Below are positions 43,073 through 52,323 of a stretch of 64,000 bases of DNA, piece after piece; within the stretch, counting starts at the first letter, position 1; each line of letters begins with the position of its first letter. Made by a program: the position numbers and the translations under genes. This DNA is from Thermoleophilaceae bacterium. GTDB lineage: Bacteria > Actinomycetota > Thermoleophilia > Solirubrobacterales > Thermoleophilaceae. A model generated the notes under the pieces. The model saw only the letters and a program-made list of their open reading frames with translations, was not told the DNA's origin and did not search any database. The DNA lies in contig DASXBA010000006.1 of NCBI GenBank assembly GCA_036406475.1, positions 1,564 to 65,563 on the forward strand, read 5' to 3'.

Positions 43073-43651
43073 ATGGAGGCGACGGCCGCAAGGGACGGTC
43101 GCAGCGTGCGCGCCGAGCGCACGCGCGACGCCGTGGTCGACGCCCTGCTCGAGCTGCTCGACGAGGGCGACGTGCGTCCCACCGCCGAGCGCATCGCCGA
43201 GCGGGCCGGCGTGTCCGAGCGCTCCGTCTTCCAGCACTTCGGCGACCGCGAGGCGCTGTTCGAGGCGGCGGCCCAGCGCCAGTACGAGCGGATCGTGCCG
43301 ACGCTGCGGCCTGTCGACCCGGCGCTCCCGCTCGCGGAGCGGATCGACGAGTTCACCGCCCAGCGCGCCCGGCTCTACGAGAAGGTGAGCGGGGTCAGGC
43401 GCGGGGCGATCCTGATCGAGCACGAATCGGCCACCGTCGCGGACCGCCTCCAGCGGGTCCGCCGGGCAAAGGTCAGGGAGGTCGAGAAGGTGTTCGCGGC
43501 CGAGCTCGCCGGCCGCGATCAGGCTGTGCGAGACGCGCTGACCGCGGCCTGCGCCTGGACGAGCTGGCAGAGCCTGCGCTTCCACCAGGGCCTGAGCGCC
43601 GCCCGCGCGCGCGAGGCGATGCGCGCTGCGATTCGCGGGCTGCTGGGCTAG
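43073..43651 (+). CDS. TetR-family transcriptional regulator
   Basis: HTH TAERIAERAGVSERSVFQHFGDREAL. Confidence 0.85.
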   Translation: MEATAARDGRSVRAERTRDAVVDALLELLDEGDVRPTAERIAERAGVSERSVFQHFGDREALFEAAAQRQYERIVPTLRPVDPALPLAERIDEFTAQRARLYEKVSGVRRGAILIEHESATVADRLQRVRRAKVREVEKVFAAELAGRDQAVRDALTAACAWTSWQSLRFHQGLSAARAREAMRAAIRGLLG

Positions 43652-43671
43652 AGCGGGCGACCGCCCGACGA

Positions 43672-45144
43672 CTAGTTCTCTCCGGCCGCAAGCGGGCGGC
43701 CAAGGAGGGCGACGCGGACGTTGTGCAGGTTCCAGACTCGCAGGACGCGCCGTCTGCCCAGGGCGCGCAGGGGGACACGGTTGTCGAATCTGTTCCCCGG
43801 CGCGGCCTGGACGAGCCAAACCCGCGGCATCCTGTGGAACGAGAGCAGCTCCGCTTCGTCGTCGATACTCCTGGCTCGCCACTCCGCCCCTGGGCCCGGC
43901 ACGTTCGGAGTGCGCCCGAGGTACCAGGCGACCGTCGAGTTGCCGCCGGGGTCGCTGACGATCGCATCCTCCCAGCGGGCGTGGGCGCGGAGAACTGCCG
44001 CCGCGCCACGAAAGTCCGGCCCCTGGCCCCGGTACCAGTCGGACAGCCCGCGCGTGTGAACAAGGCAGAGCGCGACGAGCGCGGCCACCGCCAGAGGAAG
44101 CGGGATCCGCGCCAATGCCCCCGCTGCCATCACCGCGAGCCCCGGCACGGCCACGATCAGGTAATAGGCCAGGAACGCGGGCTGGACGACCGAGAACAGG
44201 CCCACGAGCACAACCGGCACGGCAAAGCACAGCACCGCGAGCAGTGTCCGCCACGCTGCCTCACCACGGCGCGGTCGCATCATGAGCGCCCCCACCAGAA
44301 GCACCAGCCCAAGGCACAGGTACAGCTCGAGCAGCAACGGATGGTTCTCCGCACCCGCCACCTCCTCCAGGACGTTCCAGACGCGACCCGCCTCCAACGG
44401 TTGAACCCAGTCGATCCGGCTCGTGTTCCCGGTAGCGAGCAGGACGATTAGCGGCGCGACGACCACCGTGAGGGGCGCCGCCGCGACGGCAGCCTTACGC
44501 CAGGGGATGCGCGAAGACGGAAGCCACGCGAGAGAGATCGCCTGGGCGGCCACGACGAACAGGGCGAATGGGTGGGCGTACGCCGCGAGCGCCGAGACCG
44601 CAACCCAGATCGCCCAGCGACGAGCTGTCGGCCGCTCCACCGCCAGGATGAAGCACAGCGTCGACGCCGCCACGAGGGCCATCAGCCAGGAGTAGGCCCG
44701 AGCGTTCTGCGCGTGGTGAAGCGCCAGGGCGTTGAGGGCGAGCAGCAGACCGGCAACAACACCCGCGGCCCGCCCGAAGCTGCGCCAGGCGATAGCCGCC
44801 GTGAACGCGACGGCGACCGGGAACGCCGTGAGCGACGGCACCCGCAGAAAGGCATCGCTCGAGCCGAGCTTCTCCCAGAAATGCAGGAACCCGAAGTAGA
44901 GGATGTTGTTCGGCTCTACGTAGTGCACGTAGTACAGGAGCGAAGACATGTGCCGGTGCCCGATCTCCGCCGAGACTCCCTCGTCGTTCGCGAGCGAGCG
45001 TTCCCCGAGCTGGATCAGACCAAGCACGAGCGCCAGCACCGCCGTCAACGCCACCGCCACAAGCGCAACCGTCCGACCGCCAAGCTTGCGCCCCAGCCGG
45101 GCGGCGACAGCCCCCCTCGAGCTGAGCCTAGCTCCCTGCGCCAC
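43672..45144 (-). CDS. GT-C fold membrane glycosyltransferase (family 39 / PMT_2-like)
   Basis: About 11 TM helices, with a DE motif in the first loop (SLANDEGVS). The start is uncertain. GTG 45144 overlaps the upstream gene by 17 nt, and the longest ORF begins at TTG 45255. Confidence 0.6.
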   Translation of the reverse strand: MAQGARLSSRGAVAARLGRKLGGRTVALVAVALTAVLALVLGLIQLGERSLANDEGVSAEIGHRHMSSLLYYVHYVEPNNILYFGFLHFWEKLGSSDAFLRVPSLTAFPVAVAFTAAIAWRSFGRAAGVVAGLLLALNALALHHAQNARAYSWLMALVAASTLCFILAVERPTARRWAIWVAVSALAAYAHPFALFVVAAQAISLAWLPSSRIPWRKAAVAAAPLTVVVAPLIVLLATGNTSRIDWVQPLEAGRVWNVLEEVAGAENHPLLLELYLCLGLVLLVGALMMRPRRGEAAWRTLLAVLCFAVPVVLVGLFSVVQPAFLAYYLIVAVPGLAVMAAGALARIPLPLAVAALVALCLVHTRGLSDWYRGQGPDFRGAAAVLRAHARWEDAIVSDPGGNSTVAWYLGRTPNVPGPGAEWRARSIDDEAELLSFHRMPRVWLVQAAPGNRFDNRVPLRALGRRRVLRVWNLHNVRVALLGRPLAAGEN

Positions 45145-45769
45145 GGCCGGCGAGCATATCCTCGACGGCCGCGATCGCCTGCTCGGTGTCCTCGAAGCGG
45201 ACCGCGCGCATCCCGAGCGAGGTCGCGCCGTCGCAGTTGACCTGGATGTCGTCAACGAGCAGGCAGTTCTCGAAGCGGAGGCCGTTGCCCAGCCGGTCGA
45301 GCGTGATCTCGAAGATGCGCGCCTCGGGCTTGCGCGAGCCCACGAAGGCCGAGTCGACCACGACGTCGAAGATCTGGTCGAGCTGCGGGAGCTTGGCGCG
45401 CCAAAGCGGCTCCCACTCGCGCACGTTGTTGGTGCAGAGGGCCATCCGCAGACCGCGGCCGCCCAGCTGGCGCATGAACTCGATCATCCGCGTGTTGGGG
45501 CTGAGGCGCTCGAAGTAGACGTCGCGCAGGGCGTCGAGGTCGAACTCGTGGGGGAGGCCCTCCTGGAGGCGCCGGCCGAACTCCTCCTCGCTGATCTCGC
45601 CCCGCTCGAGCTCGAACAGGGGGTGCTCGCCGTACTTCTCCTGGGCCGCTGCCATCGCCCGCCCGAGGTCCTCGGGCCTGACGCCGCTCTCCTCCTGGTA
45701 GCCGCGGAACGCCTCGCTCAGCGGGGTGGTCAGCACACCGCCGAAATCGGAGACGATCGCGCCGATCAT
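45128..45769 (-). CDS. HAD-superfamily hydrolase
   Basis: Motif I IVSDFGGVL and motif IV LLVDD. ATGA overlap with the upstream gene. Confidence 0.75.
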   Translation of the reverse strand: MIGAIVSDFGGVLTTPLSEAFRGYQEESGVRPEDLGRAMAAAQEKYGEHPLFELERGEISEEEFGRRLQEGLPHEFDLDALRDVYFERLSPNTRMIEFMRQLGGRGLRMALCTNNVREWEPLWRAKLPQLDQIFDVVVDSAFVGSRKPEARIFEITLDRLGNGLRFENCLLVDDIQVNCDGATSLGMRAVRFEDTEQAIAAVEDMLAGRGAGS

Positions 45770-46476
45770 GCCGCCGCCGACGGGTCGTCGCGGACCATCA
45801 GCTCGTAGGCGCCGACGCCCTCGCGACCCTCGACCCGCCACTCGAACACCGCGACGTGAACGGTGAGCCCTTCCAGCTCGAGCGATGACCCTGCCGCCAC
45901 GGTTCCGGAGCCGCGGCGTGGGAAGTCCTCGCCGGGGAGCCAGAGCTCTAGCCCGGCACTGCGCTGGCGGCCCTCGCCGTCGTAGACGGTCGAGATGCGG
46001 GCGTCCTCGACGGCCAGCGGCTCGCCGCCGTCGATCAGGAAGGCCTTGACCGCTTCCTCGTCATGCCCGCGCGCGCCGCGCGGCCGGCGCGCGAGCGCGA
46101 GCATCGCGTGCTCGTCGTCGAGCAGGGCGGACAGCGAGCGCAGGGCGTCGAGCTCCTCCCACTCGGGCGCAACCGTGGTCTCGCTCACCGTGCCGAGGCA
46201 GTCCACGTGGGTACCGCCTACATCGCCGCTCACGTGGCAGGTCCTGGCGAGCACGCCGCCCAGGTCGAGCTCTTCCGAAATCGGGTCGACCTCGAGCGAG
46301 AAGCGGCCCTCGAGCTCCGCCTTGAGCTTGCCGCGGCGCCCGCTCTCGATCTCGGGCCCCTCCGGTATCGCCGTGGGCGACTGCCCCTCGAACAGCACCG
46401 TGGTCCCCGACCGGGCCGTGCCGTGGACGCTGCGGGCCGGGTCGAAGAAGGCGATCGAGAGCGCTGCGCCGGTCAC
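45766..46476 (-). CDS. hypothetical protein
   Basis: GTGA overlap with the fxsA stop, high GC3, no motif recognised. Confidence 0.45.
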   Translation of the reverse strand: MTGAALSIAFFDPARSVHGTARSGTTVLFEGQSPTAIPEGPEIESGRRGKLKAELEGRFSLEVDPISEELDLGGVLARTCHVSGDVGGTHVDCLGTVSETTVAPEWEELDALRSLSALLDDEHAMLALARRPRGARGHDEEAVKAFLIDGGEPLAVEDARISTVYDGEGRQRSAGLELWLPGEDFPRRGSGTVAAGSSLELEGLTVHVAVFEWRVEGREGVGAYELMVRDDPSAAA

Positions 46477-46931
46477 CGCTCGAGCCGCTCTTGCGGCTGC
46501 TCGGTCGCCGTGCCCTCGACGTCGTAGTCCTCGCCGGAGATCGGTCCCGTGCCGCCGATCCGGATCGCGAAGCGCCTGCCGACCGCTCGCATCCCGTAGC
46601 GGCGGACCAGGCTGCGCGTGGGCGGCAGCAGGAGCAGCAGGCCAAAGACGTCGGTGATGAATCCGGGCGTGATCAGGAAGGCGCCCCCGAAGATCACTAG
46701 CACGCCGTCCTGCACCTCGCGGTGGGGCATGCGGCCCTCCGCGAGCGTCTGGTTGAAGCGCCTCCACACCGCTCTGCCCTGCGAGCGCAGGAGCATCGAG
46801 CCGGCCACGGAGTCGGCCGCGAGCAGCAGGATCGTCCAGATCACGCCGATGGCGTCGCCGACCTTGAGGATCACGTACAGCTCCGCCAGCGGGAGCAGGA
46901 TGAACAGCGCGATCAGTGCGAGCAGACGCAC
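46473..46931 (-). CDS. fxsA: FxsA-family membrane protein
   Basis: LLPLAELYVILKVGDAIG... and GGAFLITPGFITDVFGLLLLLPPTR are typical of FxsA/UPF0716. Confidence 0.8.
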   Translation of the reverse strand: MRLLALIALFILLPLAELYVILKVGDAIGVIWTILLLAADSVAGSMLLRSQGRAVWRRFNQTLAEGRMPHREVQDGVLVIFGGAFLITPGFITDVFGLLLLLPPTRSLVRRYGMRAVGRRFAIRIGGTGPISGEDYDVEGTATEQPQERLER

Positions 46932-46958
46932 CGGCGTGACCCTACTAACCTTGGTCCC

Positions 46959-47255
46959 ATGCCAAGCGTCGACGACGTCCAGGACGCCCTCACCAACGTG
47001 ATCGACCCCGAGCTGGGGCTCGATTTCGTGGAGCTCGGGCTCGTCTACGAGGTCGAGGTCGACGACTCGGACGTGTACGTGACCTTCACGCTCACCTCGC
47101 CGGGCTGCCCGATCGGGCCCCAGGTGAGCGAGCAGATCGAGGAGTTCGTCTCGGAGCTCGACGGCGTCGAGCGCGTCTATCCGAAGATGGTCTTCTCACC
47201 GCCGTGGACGCCCGAGATGATGAGCGAAGAAGCCAAATTTGCACTTGGCTTCTAG
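46959..47255 (+). CDS. DUF59 / SufT-like metal-sulfur cluster assembly factor
   Basis: VIDPELGLDFVELGLVY...TLTSPGCP motif. Confidence 0.8.
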   Translation: MPSVDDVQDALTNVIDPELGLDFVELGLVYEVEVDDSDVYVTFTLTSPGCPIGPQVSEQIEEFVSELDGVERVYPKMVFSPPWTPEMMSEEAKFALGF

Positions 47256-47749
47256 CCGCTGACCTCGCGCACTCGCCCGCTCTCCACCTCGTAGACGAAG
47301 CCGCGGACCGCGTCGGTGTGCGGCAGGAACGGGCTCTCGCGCACTAGCCCCATCGAGCGGCGCACGCTCTGCTCGACGTCCGCGAAGCCGCCGACCTCCC
47401 AGTCGCGCTCGGCGCCGCCGGTCTGCTCGTCGAGCTCCCGGGCGAAGCCTTCGTTGTCGAGCCCCTCGAGGCCGCAACGGGTGTGCTGGATCAGGACGAC
47501 CTCGCGGGTGCCGAGCTTGTGTTGTGAGAGCGAGAGCGAGCGGATCACCTCGGGCGTCACGACTCCGCCGGCGTTGCGGATCACGTGCGCCTCGCCCTCG
47601 CTCAGGCCGAGGATCCGGTGGAGGTCGAGCCGGGCGTCCATGCAGGAGACCACGGCTACCTGGAGCGACGGAGGGGCGGGCAGGTCGCCCGCCTGGAAGT
47701 CGCGGGCGTAGCCCTCGTTGCGCTGGAGCAGCTCGTCGATCGCGGCCAT
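47252..47749 (-). CDS. beta-class carbonic anhydrase
   Basis: Motifs SCMDARLD and QHTRCGL. Trimmed from the 423-aa ORF. An alternative ATG lies at 47764. Confidence 0.8.
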   Translation of the reverse strand: MAAIDELLQRNEGYARDFQAGDLPAPPSLQVAVVSCMDARLDLHRILGLSEGEAHVIRNAGGVVTPEVIRSLSLSQHKLGTREVVLIQHTRCGLEGLDNEGFARELDEQTGGAERDWEVGGFADVEQSVRRSMGLVRESPFLPHTDAVRGFVYEVESGRVREVSG

Positions 47750-47782
47750 GGGCCGTTTATACATGCTGCGGACCCCTGTAGC

Positions 47783-48454
47783 GTGGGCGCCCTGCGGCTG
47801 ATCACGGACTCGTTCCCGGATGAGCCCGCCCTCGACGCGGCGGCGGCGCGGGCGCTGCTCGAGCGCGTGGCCGCCGGCGAGCTCCCGGAGACGGTTCGGC
47901 TCGCCCGCACCGGGCGCGCCGTGGCCTTCGGGCGCCGGGACGAGGTCAGCCCGGGCTATCAGGCCGCCGTGCGGGCCGCGGCGGACGCCGGCTTCGAGCA
48001 CTTCGTCCGCCTGGGCGGCGGCCGGGCGGCCGTCTTCCACGAGGGCACGCTGGTGACCGGCCATGCGATCCCCGATCCCGACCCGCGGCCGGGCATCCAG
48101 GCACGGTTCGAGCGCGAGGCCGCGCTGATCACGGGCGCGCTGCGGGGGCTGGGCGTCGACGCCCGGGTGGGCGAGATCCCGGGCGAGTATTGCCCCGGCG
48201 GCTTCAGCGTCAACGCTCGCGGTACGGTCAAGCTCGCCGGCCTCGGTCAGCGCCTGGTGGCCGGTGCGGCCCACGTGGGCGCGGTGATCGTGGTCGACGG
48301 GGCCGATCTCGTCAGGGAGGTGCTCGACCCCATCTACACCGCTCTGGAGCTGGACTGGGACCCGGCGACCGTGGGCGCTGTTGGCGAGGAGGCGCCCGGC
48401 GCCACCGTGGACGACGTGTTTCGCTCGCTGCGGGCGGCGTACGAAAAGACTTGA
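47783..48454 (+). CDS. lipoate-protein ligase family protein (BPL/LplA/LipB fold)
   Basis: GTG start. RRDEVSPGY, GGGRAVFHE and KLAGLGQR segments are typical of the short actinobacterial LplA-like family. Confidence 0.6.
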   Translation: MGALRLITDSFPDEPALDAAAARALLERVAAGELPETVRLARTGRAVAFGRRDEVSPGYQAAVRAAADAGFEHFVRLGGGRAAVFHEGTLVTGHAIPDPDPRPGIQARFEREAALITGALRGLGVDARVGEIPGEYCPGGFSVNARGTVKLAGLGQRLVAGAAHVGAVIVVDGADLVREVLDPIYTALELDWDPATVGAVGEEAPGATVDDVFRSLRAAYEKT

Positions 48455-48479
48455 GATTTCCGCCCCCGTGTCGATTAGG

Positions 48480-48647
48480 GTGGTGACGGACTCGCCCCCG
48501 ATCCACTGGCCCGTGGAACCCAACGACTCGCGACACGACTATCTAGACGTGCTGGCCGGCGAAGCCGGAATCTTCATGCGCCTGTACGCGCTGGGAGGCA
48601 CCTGCCTCCTCGTATTCCTGCTCGCGCTGGCCCTCTTCACCCTCTAG
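48480..48647 (+). CDS. possible small membrane protein
   Basis: 55 codons from a GTG start, with a C-terminal TM helix LLVFLLALALFTL. GC3 is only moderate. Confidence 0.25.
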   Translation: MVTDSPPIHWPVEPNDSRHDYLDVLAGEAGIFMRLYALGGTCLLVFLLALALFTL

Positions 48648-48669
48648 CTCGCGGAGTAGCCTGGTCGTC

Positions 48670-48894
48670 GTGCTGATCGACGACCGGCCGCACCCCGACG
48701 CAGAGCCCCGGCCCATCGATCCGAACTGGGCCGTCGTCCGCTGGCTGGCCGTGGCCGGGATCCTCGGCTTCGCGGGCGCCCACGCCGGCGGCTTCGTGGG
48801 CTACCTGATCCTCTGCGCGGTCGTCTACGCGGTCTGCCGCGCGCTGGTCACGCTGGTCGACTACGGCGACGGGCTGCGCGAGTGGCGCCAGTAG
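48670..48894 (+). CDS. small two-TM membrane protein, hypothetical
   Basis: GTG start, strong GC3, two hydrophobic helices. Confidence 0.45.
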   Translation: MLIDDRPHPDAEPRPIDPNWAVVRWLAVAGILGFAGAHAGGFVGYLILCAVVYAVCRALVTLVDYGDGLREWRQ

Positions 48895-48908
48895 GCGCCC
48901 GCGGGCCG

Positions 48909-49802
48909 CTAGCCCGCGGCGGGCTCCGGGACGCGCTCCGCGTTGCGCGCCACCGCGTCGACGATCCGCGGCCAGACCTCGCGCGGGAGGTCGTGGCCCA
49001 TGCCCTCGACCTCGATCAGCTCCGCCGCGGGAATGGCGCGCGCGGTGGCGCGGCCGGCGCGGACCGGAAGGAGCGGGTCGTCGGTCCCGTGGATGACCAC
49101 GGTCGGCAGGCTGAGGCCTGCCAGGGCGCGCGTCCGGTCGCCGGAAGCCTGGATGGCCACGAGCTGGCGGGCGGGGCCGCCGCGGTCGACGCCCCGGTCG
49201 TAGCTCTGGCGGCCGAGCTCCCTCACGAGCTCGTCGTCGCGATCGAAGCCCGGGGAGCCGATGATCCGCCACGTCCGCACCAGGTACTCGGCAAAGCCCT
49301 CGCGATCCTGCGGGGCGCGCCGCAGGAGCACGCCGAGCGCCTTGACCCGGGGCAGCCCGGCGCGTCGGTTGCCGGTGGTGGACATGATCGACGTGAGCGA
49401 GAGGACGCGCTCGGGGTGTTGGATCGCCATCGTCTGGGCGATCATCCCGCCCATCGAGGCGCCGGCCACGTGGGCCTCCTCGATGCCCAGGTGATCGAGG
49501 AGCCCGAAGGCGTCCTCGGCCATGTCCTCGAGCGTGTACGCCGGATCCTTGGTGACGCCCGCGAGCGCGCGCAGCACCTTGGGCTTGGGACCGCCGCGGA
49601 TGCGCGTCGAGCGGCCGACGTCGCGGTTGTCGAAGCGGACCACGTGGAATCCGCGGTCCGCGAACGCCCGGCAGAGGTCCTCGGGCCAGCCGAGCATCTG
49701 CGTCGCCAGGCCCATCACGAGCAGCAGGGCGGGGTCGCTCTCGTCCCCGAAGGTCTCGTAGGCGAGCTCGATGCCGTTGACTTCCGCCGTCCGTTCGGCC
49801 AT
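48909..49802 (-). CDS. alpha/beta hydrolase
   Basis: Nucleophile elbow GASMGG. N-terminus is NGIELAYETFGD...LLLVMGL. Confidence 0.8.
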   Translation of the reverse strand: MAERTAEVNGIELAYETFGDESDPALLLVMGLATQMLGWPEDLCRAFADRGFHVVRFDNRDVGRSTRIRGGPKPKVLRALAGVTKDPAYTLEDMAEDAFGLLDHLGIEEAHVAGASMGGMIAQTMAIQHPERVLSLTSIMSTTGNRRAGLPRVKALGVLLRRAPQDREGFAEYLVRTWRIIGSPGFDRDDELVRELGRQSYDRGVDRGGPARQLVAIQASGDRTRALAGLSLPTVVIHGTDDPLLPVRAGRATARAIPAAELIEVEGMGHDLPREVWPRIVDAVARNAERVPEPAAG

Positions 49803-49867
49803 CGCGTCGCGGAAAGCTACCGGGAACCGCGACCTTGAACCCCCAGCGGCGTTCAAACTGGGTGACG

Positions 49868-51544
49868 ATGAAGCGGGTACGTGTCCTGACACTCCTTGCG
49901 CTGGCCGTCGCCCTCCTGGCGGCGGCGCCGGCGCAGGCGGCCGAGCAGGCCAGGCCTACCGGTCGCTGGCTCGTCGTCTTCCGCCATTCGAGCAGCGTCC
50001 GCTCCTCGGCCACGTTCTCGTCGGTGCTCGCCCGCGCCGGAGCGCGGCAGGCCGGCCGGGTCGTGCCCAAGCTGGGCGTCGCCACCGTCAGCGGCTCGCC
50101 GGCGGCCATCGCGGCGCTCAAGCGCGATCCGCGCGTCGAGGGGGTCGACCGCGAGTGGTACCGCGTGCTGCGCCGGGTGCCCAACGATCCGGCGCTGCAC
50201 ACGCCGGAGTCCGCCGCCGAGTGGCCGGGCACCGCGCCCGGGACGATGCTCCAGTGGGCGCTTCAGCGAGAGGGCTTCTACGGCGCGTGGGACGTGACCA
50301 CCGGCAGCGGCGCACGGGTGGCGGTCCTCGACACTGGCATCGACGGCTCGCACCCCGAGTTCAGCGGCAAGGTCGCGACGGCCGACGCCGTCGGCACGAG
50401 CAGCCCGCTCACGGACCCCGACGGCCACGGCAGCCATACCTCGGGGCTCGCGTGCGCCAATACCAACAACGGGCTCGGGATCGCGGGCGCGGGCTACAAC
50501 TGCAAGCTCAGCGTCGTCAAGCTCGGGTTCACCCAGTTCGGCATCCCCGACGACGAGATCGTCGCCGCGATCCAGCTGGCAGCCGACCGCGGAGCGAAGA
50601 CGATCAGCATGAGCTTCGGCGGCGGGGGGCCGAGCCTGGCCCTCGACCATGCGATCACCTACGCGATCTCCAGGGGAGCTGTGCTCGTCGCGGCCGCCTC
50701 CAACGACGCGGACTCGGACCAGGGCGCGCCGGCCTCGCAGCTCCAGCCGGGCAACGCGCCGGACATCAACGCCGGGCGCGGGCTCGTGGTGACGGCGGCG
50801 GACCACGACGACACCCGCGCCGGCACCGGCTTCGGGGGCCAGATCTCGCTCGCCGCGTACGGCTTCTACGACGACGCGCCCGAGGGGCCGCCCGGCCTGA
50901 TCTCGACCTACCCGCCGATGAACGGGCTCACCTACGAGTGCGACAGCCCGCTGTTCGCCTGCCGCCACGCGGTGGCCGGGGACAGCCGCTACGCCTATCT
51001 CCAGGGCACCTCGATGGCCACGCCCCAGGTTGCCGCGCTCGCGGCCCTGGTGGCCGATCTCAACCCCTGGCTCACCGTGCACGACAGGCTCCACCTCATC
51101 AAGTCGAGCGCGCGCCGCTCCGGCGGCTGGAGCCCCGACCTGGGCTGGGGGATCATCAACGCGGGCGCCGCCATATCGGCCGCGCGGCGGGTGGACCGGA
51201 ACGCTCCGAGGTCGCGCGCCCGGGCCAAGAAGCGGGTCCGCATCCGCCGCCACCACAAGAAGATCAAGGTGCGAATCAAGTGGTCGGGATCCGACCGGGC
51301 CGGCCGGGCCAACCTGATCCCCTCCGGCGTCCGCTCCTTCGACCTCTACATGCGCCGCGGCCGCGGCCATTACAAGCGCGTCCGCAAGAGCACGAGGAAG
51401 CACTCGGCGGTCCTCAAGCTGCGCTCCGGCACCTACCGCTTCTACACGCGCGCCAAGGATAAGGCGGGCAACCGCGAGGCCGCGCCGCGCAAGGCGGACG
51501 CGCGCCTCGTGGTCAAGCGCCCGCGCAAGACGCGGCGGCGCTAG
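49868..51544 (+). CDS. secreted S8 subtilase with I9 propeptide and a very basic C-terminal beta domain
   Basis: Signal peptide. Catalytic motifs VAVLDTGID, HGSHTSG and GTSMATPQVAA. The protein ends KRPRKTRRR. Confidence 0.9.
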   Translation: MKRVRVLTLLALAVALLAAAPAQAAEQARPTGRWLVVFRHSSSVRSSATFSSVLARAGARQAGRVVPKLGVATVSGSPAAIAALKRDPRVEGVDREWYRVLRRVPNDPALHTPESAAEWPGTAPGTMLQWALQREGFYGAWDVTTGSGARVAVLDTGIDGSHPEFSGKVATADAVGTSSPLTDPDGHGSHTSGLACANTNNGLGIAGAGYNCKLSVVKLGFTQFGIPDDEIVAAIQLAADRGAKTISMSFGGGGPSLALDHAITYAISRGAVLVAAASNDADSDQGAPASQLQPGNAPDINAGRGLVVTAADHDDTRAGTGFGGQISLAAYGFYDDAPEGPPGLISTYPPMNGLTYECDSPLFACRHAVAGDSRYAYLQGTSMATPQVAALAALVADLNPWLTVHDRLHLIKSSARRSGGWSPDLGWGIINAGAAISAARRVDRNAPRSRARAKKRVRIRRHHKKIKVRIKWSGSDRAGRANLIPSGVRSFDLYMRRGRGHYKRVRKSTRKHSAVLKLRSGTYRFYTRAKDKAGNREAAPRKADARLVVKRPRKTRRR

Positions 51545-51550
51545 ATCCCG

Positions 51551-51598
51551 CCGAACGTCCCTGAGTACCGCCTATAGGGGGTAGCGCGGGACGTTCGG
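51551..51598. repeat. 48-bp palindromic intergenic repeat (inverted relative to 20493..20540)
   Basis: CCGAACGTCCCTGAGTACCGCCTATAGGGGGTAGCGCGGGACGTTCGG, between convergent genes. Confidence 0.8.
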
Positions 51599-51600
51599 CA

Positions 51601-52323
51601 CTAAGGGAGGAGCGCCGCCGCGGCCCGTACCAGGTCGCCGTTCCCCTCCGGACGGCTGCCGTCCGGCAGGACCGTGGTGTCCTCCAGCCCGACGCGGATA
51701 CCGTGCCCGCGCTCGAGGCCGCGGCTCATGACGTGCCAGGTGGCGGCGCCGTCGCCGTGGTGGACCTGCTCGAGCTCGATCCCGGCTTGGGCCACCAGCT
51801 GCTCGATCTGGGCGGCGTCCGCCAGCGCCGCCTCCGGCTCGTCGCCGAGCGGCTCCACCAGGAGCCGGGTGCAGCGCCCGGCGATCCCGGCGGCGGCGAA
51901 GCGGCGGGCGCCCTCGACCTCGAGCAGGCCCGCCTCGATGCCCACGCCGCGCTCGAGCAGGTGCTCGCAGAGCTCGACGATGCCGGCCTCGTCCTGGTTG
52001 GCGGTCACCAGCTCGGGCAGCTCGGTCCAAGCGGCGACGAGTGCCAGACGGCGCTCCGGGTCAGCCTCGATCTCGGCCGACGTGCTGAGCGAGATCGGGA
52101 CGCCCGGGCAGGCGGCCCGTACAGCGCGCAGCGCGTCGGCGCAGGGCTCGGCGGCCAGCGTCTCGACGCCCGACGAGTCATAGGGGTGCAGGTGCAGGAC
52201 GCGGGCGCCGGCGTCGACGGCCGCGCGCGCCTCGGCCGCGAGCTCCTCGGGAGTGTGCGGCACGGCCGGGTGCTCGTCGCGCGAGCGGCTGCCGTTGAGG
52301 CAGGCCTGCAGAAGCCGGGCCAC
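51601..52323 (-). CDS. 3-keto-5-aminohexanoate cleavage enzyme family (BKACE/DUF849)
   Basis: ACLNGSR...HPAVPHTPEELAAEA..AGA..LHLHPY. The GTG directly abuts the upstream stop. Confidence 0.7.
   Translation of the reverse strand: MARLLQACLNGSRSRDEHPAVPHTPEELAAEARAAVDAGARVLHLHPYDSSGVETLAAEPCADALRAVRAACPGVPISLSTSAEIEADPERRLALVAAWTELPELVTANQDEAGIVELCEHLLERGVGIEAGLLEVEGARRFAAAGIAGRCTRLLVEPLGDEPEAALADAAQIEQLVAQAGIELEQVHHGDGAATWHVMSRGLERGHGIRVGLEDTTVLPDGSRPEGNGDLVRAAAALLP

Noticed and set aside
42971-44254. N-terminal 428 aa of the 883-aa ORF 41603..44254.
   Set aside because: This part is antisense to the tetR gene and to the glycosyltransferase 3' end, and it is compositionally junk. A signal peptide begins right after GTG 42970, so the gene was trimmed.
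47750-48523. Upstream 258 aa of the 423-aa ORF containing the carbonic anhydrase.
   Set aside because: It is antisense to the lipoate-ligase-family gene. The beta-CA domain is complete from ATG 47749 or 47764.
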